Below, in pieces: positions 40,012 through 49,510 of a stretch of DNA of 64,000 bases (position 1 is its first letter; each line of letters starts with the position of its first letter). Both the position numbers and the translations under genes were made by a program. This stretch comes from an uncultured archaeon. GTDB lineage: Archaea > Asgardarchaeota > Thorarchaeia > Thorarchaeales > Thorarchaeaceae. Below the pieces are notes generated by a model. It did no database searches, had not been told where the DNA came from, and saw only the letters and a program-made list of their open reading frames with translations. Where the stretch lies: NCBI GenBank assembly GCA_964473825.1, contig CAYYQL010000007.1, positions 46,440-110,439 of the forward strand, given 5' to 3'.

Positions 40012-41172
40012 ATGAGGATAGGAGTCAATCTATATGCCTCAGTGGGTGGCTCAGGCTACCTCGCGACGCGCTTGGGACAGCACCTTGCCGACCGGGGGCA
40101 CGAGATTCATTTCATCACCTACCAGAGGCCGTTTAGCCTAATGTGGGAGCAATCACGAGGAGTCTATGTTGATCTCGTGGATAGTTTTGATTATCCGCTC
40201 TTCAAGTCAACTGGAACGCCCTACACCATGACTCTTACATCAAAGATAGTGAAAGTGGCTACCGACTCCAAGCTCAATCTCATCCACTCGCACTATGCAA
40301 TCCCTCACGCTATGTCAGCATACATGGCAAGAGAGATCATTGGTATCCCCTATGTGGTCACACTACACGGTTCAGATGTCCACACTCTTGGACTCGATCC
40401 TGCATATCGCCCCGTTGTTAAGCACACGGTAGAAGAGGCAGATGGTGTCACAGCAGTTTCAGAGTTCCTCCAGAAGAAGGCCTATGAGGAACTCGGCATC
40501 GAGAGAGATATTCATGTCATCCCCAACTTCATCGATGTTCAAAGATTCACCCCTATCGAAGGAGTCCGACTCACCGTGGAGAGCGGCTGTGTTTCTCTTC
40601 GCAAATCAGAGGAGCCCGAAGATCTTCATCCAGATGAGATGGTGCTGTTGCATGCGTCGAACTTCCGCCAAGTGAAGAGAGTAGTCGAGCTCGTAGAGAT
40701 CATGAGAATCGTTGTCGACCACTATCCTGATACGCGCCTAGTGATTGCAGGGGATGGACCCACCCGCATGCATGTTGAGCGACGAATAGAGGCCCTTGAC
40801 CTCTGCCAGAATGTGCATCTCTTAGGAGTGAAGAGCAACATGAGAGAAATCATGTGTTCAGCAGACATCTTTCTGCTCAATTCTACCTTAGAGGGGATGC
40901 CACTGGTCCTTTTGGAGGCTATGGCATCCGAACTCCCAGTTATCACGACACCCGCAGGAGGCATACCAGAGCTTGTACGTCCAGGGAAGGACGGTATTGT
41001 CACGAAGGGCTTCGAAAAGGAAGAGTTTGCAGGTGCAGTCCTAGAGTTAATAGAACATGATGCCCGAAGGAAGGAGTTGGGCAAGGCGGGACGAAAAAGA
41101 GTGGCTGAGGATTACTCAGCTGACAAGGTTGTCCCCATGTATGAGGGAGTCTTTAATCGAGCACTGGAATGA
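40012..41172 (+). CDS. bshA: N-acetyl-alpha-D-glucosaminyl L-malate synthase (GT4)
   Basis: YASVGGSG..ATRLG, GHEIHFITY..PF, HYAIPHA, TLHGSD and SNFRQVKRV, all hallmark BshA motifs. Confidence 0.9.
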   Translation: MRIGVNLYASVGGSGYLATRLGQHLADRGHEIHFITYQRPFSLMWEQSRGVYVDLVDSFDYPLFKSTGTPYTMTLTSKIVKVATDSKLNLIHSHYAIPHAMSAYMAREIIGIPYVVTLHGSDVHTLGLDPAYRPVVKHTVEEADGVTAVSEFLQKKAYEELGIERDIHVIPNFIDVQRFTPIEGVRLTVESGCVSLRKSEEPEDLHPDEMVLLHASNFRQVKRVVELVEIMRIVVDHYPDTRLVIAGDGPTRMHVERRIEALDLCQNVHLLGVKSNMREIMCSADIFLLNSTLEGMPLVLLEAMASELPVITTPAGGIPELVRPGKDGIVTKGFEKEEFAGAVLELIEHDARRKELGKAGRKRVAEDYSADKVVPMYEGVFNRALE

Positions 41173-42908
41173 TAAAACGGAGATGCCAACTTTTGAGAGA
41201 GAGCGTAGCTGAAGTATATGAGGACTACATCTGGAAGGAGGAAATGCAGGACGCCGCCCAGTATCTCTATAATTCCCCTCCAATCTATTTCGGCGGCCTT
41301 AAGGAGAGGGTAGGAAGACTTCGAGAGGCATATACAGAGACGCAGTGGTTCACTGACGAACGAATGGAGATACTTGAGAAGGCCCTGGAAAGGATAAATC
41401 GCGAGCTGGGCGCTCTCACACCAGCAGTTAGAGAGGAAATCTCAGAGCTTCGGCAGGGAGCCATAGAAGGAGCACACCAGAGCATCGTCTTTGGCGGCCC
41501 ATGCTATGTTCTGAACAAGGCCGCAACAGCATCGATACTTGCAGATATCACATCTGACGATGATAGTCCCGTAGCCGCATATTACTTCGTTGCAGACTAT
41601 GATGAGGTTCAGGCTGAACTGACCAACACCAGAACACCACTGCTGGGATCTTCAGGCAATCTGCTCAGTATTCCGGTTCCCAAGGAGTTCAAGCATTCGC
41701 CCGTAAGTGTTCTACCCCTTCCCGAGTATACCTGGTACGCAGAAGTAGAAGAGAGTATCCGCATGGGATACAGACCGATGATCAAAGACCTCGACAACAG
41801 GGCACGTATCATATACGAAGAGAGACTTGAGCAGATTCTCTCCATAACAAGATGGGGTTTCGTGAACTCAGATACACTGGGGGAATGGGCTCGACGAGTC
41901 CTTGCCCGTCTGTTCAATGTCGAGGGAAACTTGGGAATACCAATTGTCGCATATTCAGACCCTCAGATACGGAAGCTGGCAACTCTTGGAATGGAGTTCC
42001 TTCTGAAGAGAGAGAACCGAGAGAGATTCTTGAAGGCCCAAGATCAAGCAACCGACAGGATCATCGAACTCGGTCTAGAGCCCGGCTCCGGTAGAAGAGA
42101 CCGCTCCTACGTTCCGTTTCTATACGAGTGTCCTGAGAAAGGCTGCAACAGGAGTAGATTCGAACTGCAGTATTATACTAGGGAAGACACTGCGACGCTG
42201 TCAGGTAGGTGCCCATCATGCCATCAGTACTTCACAATCGAGGTCTCAGCAGACAACCCTGACTTGAGTGACCATGCCGACTACCTATCGCCCCGTGTAG
42301 ATTCACGGCAGTTTATCGTGGACATGATGATTCCCACTGTGTGTCATATTGGGGGGCCAGGTGAGACCGCTTATTATGCCCAGGTGATACCCGTGGCCGA
42401 CGCTCTAGACATTCCGTTCCCAGAATTTGTGAAGTATCCACGGCTCTTCTTCAACACACCATGGAGTGAGGCTCTTGCAAACCAGTTGGACAAGAGGGGT
42501 GAACCGGTTCTACATGGTCGTACACTCTTCAAACTGCTAGGAGAGTCAAGTGCAGCCAGAAGAAAAGAGAACTATGATGAGATGAATTCTGCCATTCAGA
42601 GACTGGGCGATCACATCAGAGACCAGCATGATGTCATAGTGAAGAGGGTGGAAGGGATAGAGAAGCAGAGAAAGAACTCAAGCGGCGAAGAAGATGAGGA
42701 GCTTCAAGGCATCAAGTTTGACCTCGAAATGTATCTCAGCTGGACATATGGGCGATATTCGGCCGAGAAGTCCGTGCAGGAGGCCTCTTGGTCCTGGATA
42801 GAGTGGGCAATAAACTCTGGACTGGCGGACCTGTTCGGTCCATACGAGAGAAGCTATGTTGAGCAGCTTAAGAATGGAGCCACGATGTGGATAAACTTCA
42901 TGATATAG
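41169..42908 (+). CDS. bshC: Bacillithiol biosynthesis cysteine-adding enzyme BshC-like
   Basis: GAHQSIVFGGPCYVLNKA (cf. GQQ..LFGGPLY...K), SPRVDSR and IGGPGETAYYAQ; C-terminal coiled coil; 4-bp overlap with bshA. Confidence 0.82.
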   Translation: MIKRRCQLLRESVAEVYEDYIWKEEMQDAAQYLYNSPPIYFGGLKERVGRLREAYTETQWFTDERMEILEKALERINRELGALTPAVREEISELRQGAIEGAHQSIVFGGPCYVLNKAATASILADITSDDDSPVAAYYFVADYDEVQAELTNTRTPLLGSSGNLLSIPVPKEFKHSPVSVLPLPEYTWYAEVEESIRMGYRPMIKDLDNRARIIYEERLEQILSITRWGFVNSDTLGEWARRVLARLFNVEGNLGIPIVAYSDPQIRKLATLGMEFLLKRENRERFLKAQDQATDRIIELGLEPGSGRRDRSYVPFLYECPEKGCNRSRFELQYYTREDTATLSGRCPSCHQYFTIEVSADNPDLSDHADYLSPRVDSRQFIVDMMIPTVCHIGGPGETAYYAQVIPVADALDIPFPEFVKYPRLFFNTPWSEALANQLDKRGEPVLHGRTLFKLLGESSAARRKENYDEMNSAIQRLGDHIRDQHDVIVKRVEGIEKQRKNSSGEEDEELQGIKFDLEMYLSWTYGRYSAEKSVQEASWSWIEWAINSGLADLFGPYERSYVEQLKNGATMWINFMI

Positions 42909-42918
42909 AAAGACAGAA

Positions 42919-42938
42919 GCCCCGGCTTCAACCGGGGC
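42919..42938. terminator. Hairpin between the convergent bshC and aminotransferase genes
   Basis: GCCCCGG-CTTCAA-CCGGGGC perfect 7-bp stem; T-rich tail on the minus strand. Confidence 0.55.
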
Positions 42939-42953
42939 GAAGACACGCATAAC

Positions 42954-44222
42954 CTAGAGTTCTTTCGAGAGTAGTTCTCCGAGTCGGGAAATCCCCTCAG
43001 AGATGATCTCGGGCGTTGCATAACAGAACCCGAGCCGCATAGTATTGGGCTGGGGTACAGATGGTTTCAAGTCGTTGCCATTGTCAGTCAGATAATAGCC
43101 ATTGATTGGATAGAAGGGACCTCCAGGCACATAGAGAACATCATTTGGCAATGCAACTTCCTCCATGAACCTGCTGCTGTTGAAGTCTTTCTTTTCGCTC
43201 TCCCACCAGATGAAGAAGCCTCCGGTCGGGTCAGTCCTCTTGCCAGCAGGGAATGACTCATCCATGGCCTTTGCCATCGCTACGTACCGCTCCTTATACT
43301 TGGGAACGATTTCCTTCATCGCCACATCAATGTAGTTCTTGTAGTATTCGTCTAGGATACGCTGTATCAGTGTTGATGTACAGAGGTCTAAGTAGCCCTT
43401 GTCTTTGAGAACCTGTTCACGCAGATTTGGAGGCATGATGGAATAGCCAACTCGCAGAACCGCAGCCTCTTTGCTCGTAGTTCCAAGATAAGCAACACGA
43501 CGGTTCTCTTTGTCAAGGGTCTTTATCGGGGGTGGGTTCTTCTTGAACTGAATTTCCGCGTATGCAGAGTCCTCAACAAGAAGAGTATTGTGGTTCTCAC
43601 ATATATCAAAGAGGGCCTGACGCCGTTTCATGGGGAGAGTAGTTCCCTTTGGGTTATCAGAGTCTGGCACCACGTAGACAATGTCAGGCAACTTGCCAAA
43701 CTTCATCTTAGACACATGGATCGCCTTCTCCACATACTCTGGAATGATTCCATCAAGATCCGTTGGCACAGTTATGACCCTAGCTCCGAGCTTGACCGCA
43801 GGGACAAGAAAGCCGAGATATGCGGGCGAGGTGGTTATGATGACATCACCGGGGTCAATCATCGTATCAAGAATTGCGTAGATGGCCTGTTGGGAACCAT
43901 TTGTCACTGACACACATTCATACTGCTCCTCGCAGTCTATCGGTATATTCCGGACATCGTGCAGGCGCTTGGCCAGAGTCTTAAGAAACCAAGGCTGGCC
44001 GCCTGTAGGCCCATAGTTGAAATCTTCCAGTGCAAGCTTGGGATCCTCTTTGTAGAGCTCAGAAAGATCGGCCATAATCTTCGCGAAAATTTCTGTCGGG
44101 ATGATACCCGGCTTACCGCCTGCGAAGTAGTATGGAACGCTATACTTCAACAGGGTACGAATCTGAGACTCCTCAATGAAAGAGGTCCAGGCTGCAAAAT
44201 TATACCCGTCTGAATCGGTCAT
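42954..44222 (-). CDS. PLP-dependent aminotransferase class I (2-aminoadipate/aromatic type)
   Basis: FAGGKP, YGPTGG, TNGSQQA, NPKG, EDSAY, GTTSK..LRVG and MRLGF motifs. Confidence 0.9.
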   Translation of the reverse strand: MTDSDGYNFAAWTSFIEESQIRTLLKYSVPYYFAGGKPGIIPTEIFAKIMADLSELYKEDPKLALEDFNYGPTGGQPWFLKTLAKRLHDVRNIPIDCEEQYECVSVTNGSQQAIYAILDTMIDPGDVIITTSPAYLGFLVPAVKLGARVITVPTDLDGIIPEYVEKAIHVSKMKFGKLPDIVYVVPDSDNPKGTTLPMKRRQALFDICENHNTLLVEDSAYAEIQFKKNPPPIKTLDKENRRVAYLGTTSKEAAVLRVGYSIMPPNLREQVLKDKGYLDLCTSTLIQRILDEYYKNYIDVAMKEIVPKYKERYVAMAKAMDESFPAGKRTDPTGGFFIWWESEKKDFNSSRFMEEVALPNDVLYVPGGPFYPINGYYLTDNGNDLKPSVPQPNTMRLGFCYATPEIISEGISRLGELLSKEL

Positions 44223-44420
44223 TCATATTCCTCCAAGAGACAGATTGGTGGTCTGTAGCAAACAGCCATCAGCGTCATGTACAACTCTGTACATTTGCAG
44301 GAGTATCATAACACAGTTCGCACTTATCTGTTTCTTTCATTTCACTCGTTTGGATGCTCGAAATAGTTCGACGGTGTACAATATTGTGCACAGCAGCCAA
44401 AGGATTCGTGTCTTCGTTAA

Positions 44421-45206
44421 TCAGTACGTCTCATCAGCAAGATTTCTGGCGGCCGAACGAGGATTCTCAGCATCGCAAATAGAACGGGCAACAATCACAT
44501 AGGAGGCACCTGCGTCTATTGCATCTCGAGCCCTTCCACCCTGAGCACCAACGCCAGGACTCAATATGGGGACGTCTGGGCCCAACAGGTCGCGAACTTC
44601 CCGAATCTTGTTGGGGTACGTTGCACCGACGATGACTGCATCAGCGTCCCAGGATTGTGCTCTCTGAGCGAATGTCATGTACAAAGGCTCGTGCCTCTTC
44701 TTCTTCTCATCTGTTGCCACATAGAGACCATAGCCCTCGTCCGCAGCAGGATGAGACATGTAACAGAGTGTTATGACCGCCCTCTTTCGCTCGCGTGCCA
44801 ACTTAAACACGGTATCCAATCCGCCCTCCCAACCTACTAGAGGGTTGGCAATGACTGCATCAAATCCCGCATCGAAATAGTACCGTGTGATCCAACCGTT
44901 CGTGTTTCCGATGTCGTTTATCTTGCAGTCCATGATTGCCAACAGGCCCTCTCTGTGAATACTCTCAACGAGGCGTCTTATACCATCGAAGAGACCTAGA
45001 GGCAGGACCAGTTGCCGATTGAACTTGTAACCGACCACAGACTCCGAAGTCTGCTGGATGATGTCTTTGGCACGAGTCTCCAACTCTGATCGCGTAGCTG
45101 CGAGCCGACCCTCAATGAGCTGTGGAGTATCAGCCGTGAGGTCGAGTCCCACTATGAGGCGGGTCTTTCTGACGAAAGCAGCTGCGGATAATTTGCTCTT
45201 GAGCAA
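44421..45206 (-). CDS. pyrF: Orotidine-5'-phosphate decarboxylase
   Basis: GLD, DCKINDIGNT, MSHP, VGATYP, SPGVGAQGG and IVARSI motifs. Confidence 0.93.
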   Translation of the reverse strand: MLKSKLSAAAFVRKTRLIVGLDLTADTPQLIEGRLAATRSELETRAKDIIQQTSESVVGYKFNRQLVLPLGLFDGIRRLVESIHREGLLAIMDCKINDIGNTNGWITRYYFDAGFDAVIANPLVGWEGGLDTVFKLARERKRAVITLCYMSHPAADEGYGLYVATDEKKKRHEPLYMTFAQRAQSWDADAVIVGATYPNKIREVRDLLGPDVPILSPGVGAQGGRARDAIDAGASYVIVARSICDAENPRSAARNLADETY

Positions 45207-45313
45207 TCTGCTACCTCTCCCAACTTCTTCTTCTAAGGACGGGTCACGTATGCTTATATTACATTTGGAGTCTGGAGTGTGTGGGAGCGGCGTCCTTGAA
45301 ACCAGATTGGCTC

Positions 45314-46339
45314 ATGACACGATTTGTTGTCGTCCTGATTGCAGTCTTCTCTCCAGTGTACTTCTTCATTCTTGTGTTTCTGCTTCCCTTCCAGATGACC
45401 CCCTTTCAGAATAGTCTGCATAATCTTCTGTTCCAGTATCTAGTGGTCCCTTCAGTCTTCTCGGCCACCTGGGTCCTGCTGATATACTTCCACAGATACC
45501 GACTGGCAAACACGGTTCATCTCATGCAGGAGTCTACGACTGCTGTTCCGCTACGATGGAGAGTGTTCTACGGGATGAATGCCGCCTTTGTCCTGATGTT
45601 CTTCATCTTACCCATGGTTACAGCCCCATTAGCCATCATAGGAGGATTCATTGTCGCTGGAAACGTCTTCTATAACGCCGCGCTGGGAAGACTTGGAAGA
45701 AGTAAGATTGCCACCCTCTTTGCAGTCCTCATTGCAATCGCTCTCTGCATTCTACCATTCCTCATAATGGTTGAGTTTGTCCCGAACTATCTAGATGTTT
45801 GGGATAGCATACTCTCATCATGGACCGGCCTCGGTTTCATGATTGTGTATGGAATAGCTCAATGCCTTGTGAATGCTCTAAGTTTCGGTGCACCTGTGCA
45901 CTTTGTCTACTATGCCGCTGAGGAGTATGATAGAGGACTCTATGGTCAGGTGTATACAAAGACTCCATCCAACATGATTCGTGTTGGTCAAGCATTGTTA
46001 TTTCTCATCTTCACAGTTCTATATTTGCCGCCTATACAGACACCTTTTGGCATCATCCCATTTGCAGATATGTCGTGGCTGTTCATGGACTACATCAACT
46101 GGATATCGCTCGGTATCGTCACAATCATGATCCTTGTGAGAAGATACTTCCAAGTCGAGGGAGATACAACGCTGGGGAGTACCTCAAACATAGTTGTTGT
46201 TGCCCTGTTCCTGATAGTTGAGATCTTCTTCAAGACGGACCTTCTCATCGTCACGATAGTCATTTGGCTGGCATTCTTTCTGTTTGCAGGAGTCATCATT
46301 GCTAACTACCTACGAGCATCATCTCGGGAGATGTATTAA
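45314..46339 (+). CDS. Hypothetical polytopic membrane protein
   Basis: About 9-10 hydrophobic segments; stop codon 1 nt before the NUDIX start. Confidence 0.75.
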   Translation: MTRFVVVLIAVFSPVYFFILVFLLPFQMTPFQNSLHNLLFQYLVVPSVFSATWVLLIYFHRYRLANTVHLMQESTTAVPLRWRVFYGMNAAFVLMFFILPMVTAPLAIIGGFIVAGNVFYNAALGRLGRSKIATLFAVLIAIALCILPFLIMVEFVPNYLDVWDSILSSWTGLGFMIVYGIAQCLVNALSFGAPVHFVYYAAEEYDRGLYGQVYTKTPSNMIRVGQALLFLIFTVLYLPPIQTPFGIIPFADMSWLFMDYINWISLGIVTIMILVRRYFQVEGDTTLGSTSNIVVVALFLIVEIFFKTDLLIVTIVIWLAFFLFAGVIIANYLRASSREMY

Positions 46340-46340
46340 C

Positions 46341-46781
46341 ATGTACAAGAATCCAGTTCCTACCGTGGATGCCATCATCTATGACAGCGGGAACATCGTA
46401 CTCATCAGAAGAGGCCAAGAACCCTTCAAGGGAAAATGGGCGCTTCCAGGAGGATTCGTGGAGTATGGAGAAACAGTGGAACAGGCAGCAATCAGAGAGA
46501 TGAAAGAAGAGACCTATCTCGATGTAAGGCTCATTGAACTTCTGGGAGTATATAGCGCTCCAGACCGTGATCCACGAAAGCACACCATCTCAACAGTCTT
46601 CGTAGCCCAGCCCACTAAAGGGGAACTCAAGGGAGGCGATGACGCCTCGGAAGCCGCTTGGTTTTCGCTAGAAACACTCGATCTATCATCGCTGGCCTTT
46701 GACCACTCACAGATAGTTCGGGATATGATTGCCTGGACTGAACACCACGGGACCTTCTGGTCCACCAAACAGGGAAACTAG
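46341..46781 (+). CDS. NUDIX hydrolase (ADP-ribose pyrophosphatase-like)
   Basis: Nudix box GGFVEYGETVEQAAIREMKEET; RDPR, GDDA and LAFDH motifs. Confidence 0.93.
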   Translation: MYKNPVPTVDAIIYDSGNIVLIRRGQEPFKGKWALPGGFVEYGETVEQAAIREMKEETYLDVRLIELLGVYSAPDRDPRKHTISTVFVAQPTKGELKGGDDASEAAWFSLETLDLSSLAFDHSQIVRDMIAWTEHHGTFWSTKQGN

Positions 46782-47134
46782 AAGTCCAGTATCTCAAGCT
46801 TCTCAGTAAGACGAATCACCGGGAGATGAACAATCATTGGTTCGGACTCGATGGCCTTTACGAAGCTCACAGACTCCTTCGGTCTGGACTTGTAGGCCAT
46901 GAAACTGCCTTCAGGTGGGCCATCTCCTTCTGTATATACCCAGAGAGGGAGGCCGTAATGCTCATAGTAGCCGTGATTGGAAATCAATGTGCCGTAGATG
47001 TGTTGGCCATTGTGCTCAAAATAGATCATACTTGCGGGGCGGTCACGTTGAGACCAGGACACCAGCATTCTTGCAAGATCAACCATACTTGAGATATGCA
47101 TGTTTACAGGCGGGCGAAGATCTTCTTTGCTCAT
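46778..47134 (-). CDS. Conserved archaeal hypothetical protein
   Basis: 118-aa ORF (DLAR..., YYEHYGLP); GGTGTGA-like Shine-Dalgarno upstream; co-oriented after the ATPase. Confidence 0.7.
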   Translation of the reverse strand: MSKEDLRPPVNMHISSMVDLARMLVSWSQRDRPASMIYFEHNGQHIYGTLISNHGYYEHYGLPLWVYTEGDGPPEGSFMAYKSRPKESVSFVKAIESEPMIVHLPVIRLTEKLEILDF

Positions 47135-47185
47135 CGGGTCACACCGTTGGCTTCTCTTTGCCTTTCCTGCTTATAAGCCATAGTA

Positions 47186-49387
47186 TCAGTATGATATGGT
47201 CTTTGCGAACGCTCGGATCGAATTGGCCAGAGAGGACACTTGACCCTGCTTCTCAGCCGTCACCACGACAGAAACACATGTGCGTCCCTCGCTTGTGCCT
47301 CCAGCCAGACAAGCGCGGGTCGATTTGCCCGTGAAGCGAAGGAACGAAAGATCATCCTGGTCTTTCATCGAATCGAATTTCAGTCCTGACGCCAGCAAGG
47401 CGACTACTGCCCTCTTCACCATAGACATGGGTTCTGAGCCATCCTCACAGAGACTGATCTGGTCACGTTCAACCGCGTTACTGTGGAAAAGGAATCGGTG
47501 GGACACACGTGAATAGAGTACCTTTCGTACCATGGCTCTTTCGAGAAGACCCGGTGAAACATCACCAAAAATTCGCGTCTTGGCCTGGGATAGATTAATA
47601 CCAGAGTCTTCCAGCGAAACTTCGGGAGCTGCTACTTCGGTGACCTCAGTCTTGCTCGGCTCCTCAGCAAGAGGGTGCCTTGGTGCAGGGTCATCGGTTA
47701 TGGAATACTCTTGCTTCTGGCGACTGAATAGCACTTTCGCATATTCACGAATCCACTCATCGAGCGCCTCCCAATCCTCACGGCTCATCTTCACCGGAGG
47801 CTTTGGAACCTCAGGAAGATAGTCCAGTTCACTCGCTTCATCACCGGGAGTTGAAGCGGACTCGGTTTCCTCCGCGGTATCTTCAGGCTCGTCCACCTCG
47901 AACGACTCCGAAGGCATCAGTTTTGCTGCTTCGAAGAGACTTGATAGTCTGTCCGTACCCCCATGTTTCGACAGTCGAGGGCGGACCTGCATCAGAAAGC
48001 CACGGCGATTCTCGGTAGTCTGATCAAATGCCAGGGCAACACCGCGAGGGAGACTACTGATGAAGGCCTTGTCGCGAAACACCTCAGGCATGACAGCGGG
48101 AGCTCGCTGTTGGAGTGCCTTGATGTCCCCATCATGTGACAGCGAATGAGAAAGGATTATGTCGGCCTGTGATATCGCATCATCAGACACTGCAGACGGT
48201 TGCTGTGTGCAGAGAACCAGACTGCAACCAAAACGACGACCCAGCTTGGCATAGCTGATGATTGCATCCTTTGCAGGTGTTGTCCCTGTTCTTGGTACAA
48301 GAGTGTGAGCCTCATCAATGACCAGCCATGTTGGAGGTAGCTCCTCCCGTGCACTTGTTCCTTCATCAGTCCAGGCCATGCGATAAGTGAGAACCTGTCT
48401 ACAGAGAATGTTGGTAAGAATGGCCAGAACAGCCTCTGCATCTGATCCCAGTGGTGCCACATCTACCACAGAGATCTGGCCGGGAATCGCCAGGTCCTGA
48501 GCGCTGGTTCCTCCGGGATTGAACACGCCGAGTCGATTGGCCTTTCGAAGGCGTTGAATCAATGCAGTACGTGTTGCTGGTTTGTATAGATCAATGAACG
48601 TCGGATTTGTCTCGATGCACTGAATCATATCACGTATGCTGAAATCAGGCTCAGCTGAAACGTGACCACCATCCTCTTGAGAATACCCCTTCTTGAGACT
48701 ATGGAGCACATCTCCGATTAGATTGTCCATCGTTGTCGACAACTGGCCATCCTTCTCTAGGACATAACCCCAATCAGCCCCTGATAGCTCCGATGGACTG
48801 ATCGAGAGAGGAAGCAACCTAGATTTCTTCTTCACCTCATCAGGAAGACCGGCGTAGCTCCTCTTCGGGATATACACTGAGATTGGAAATCCTCTTGCCT
48901 CTAAATACCAGTTCTTGAGAAGATCCATCTGACCAGTATTGGGCTCCACCATCTGGCGAAATACATCAACAGTGTCAATCAGAACAGTAGCCACCTCAAT
49001 CTCACGTCGTTCCATGGCCAGAGCAAGCTCCTCGGCAACGATGCCAAGAGTGTAGCTCTTCCCCGACCCACGCTTCCCTGCTACGAACAGTACATGGGGA
49101 CTCACAAGGTCGAGCCAGACAGGTGTTCCCACTAGAGTAGTAAGAGGGTCGTCAGAAGTCTCGCCCACCGCGCCAATCATACCAAGTCCACTTGACTTGT
49201 ATCTGTTGTGAAATGACTCCGAACGGCCCAGGATGACTCCAAGATCAGGATCTGTCAGAACCTCGAGAGGATCGGTGACAAGGGGATGGTAGTCCAGCAC
49301 ATCCTCTGATATGAGCTCGACAGGTTCTTTGGCGGTGGGAGAATCATCGTCCTCCTCATTGTCGTGGTGATGCTGCGGATCGGGCAT
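47186..49387 (-). CDS. HerA/FtsK-superfamily ATPase (DUF87-like) with an acidic linker and C-terminal domain
   Basis: Walker A GKRGSGKSYT, Walker B LVIDEAH, GRRFG and TQQPS motifs. Confidence 0.85.
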   Translation of the reverse strand: MPDPQHHHDNEEDDDSPTAKEPVELISEDVLDYHPLVTDPLEVLTDPDLGVILGRSESFHNRYKSSGLGMIGAVGETSDDPLTTLVGTPVWLDLVSPHVLFVAGKRGSGKSYTLGIVAEELALAMERREIEVATVLIDTVDVFRQMVEPNTGQMDLLKNWYLEARGFPISVYIPKRSYAGLPDEVKKKSRLLPLSISPSELSGADWGYVLEKDGQLSTTMDNLIGDVLHSLKKGYSQEDGGHVSAEPDFSIRDMIQCIETNPTFIDLYKPATRTALIQRLRKANRLGVFNPGGTSAQDLAIPGQISVVDVAPLGSDAEAVLAILTNILCRQVLTYRMAWTDEGTSAREELPPTWLVIDEAHTLVPRTGTTPAKDAIISYAKLGRRFGCSLVLCTQQPSAVSDDAISQADIILSHSLSHDGDIKALQQRAPAVMPEVFRDKAFISSLPRGVALAFDQTTENRRGFLMQVRPRLSKHGGTDRLSSLFEAAKLMPSESFEVDEPEDTAEETESASTPGDEASELDYLPEVPKPPVKMSREDWEALDEWIREYAKVLFSRQKQEYSITDDPAPRHPLAEEPSKTEVTEVAAPEVSLEDSGINLSQAKTRIFGDVSPGLLERAMVRKVLYSRVSHRFLFHSNAVERDQISLCEDGSEPMSMVKRAVVALLASGLKFDSMKDQDDLSFLRFTGKSTRACLAGGTSEGRTCVSVVVTAEKQGQVSSLANSIRAFAKTISY

Positions 49388-49510
49388 GACGGTATCAGTT
49401 CAACTGCTCTGCCAATCCCGATAAGTGTTTGTAGCTTCGCGCCTTTTGCCTCAGTGACAGGATCAAGAGATTCGGTAAGACTCAAAACCATCAGCTAGGA
49501 AGGCCAAGAC

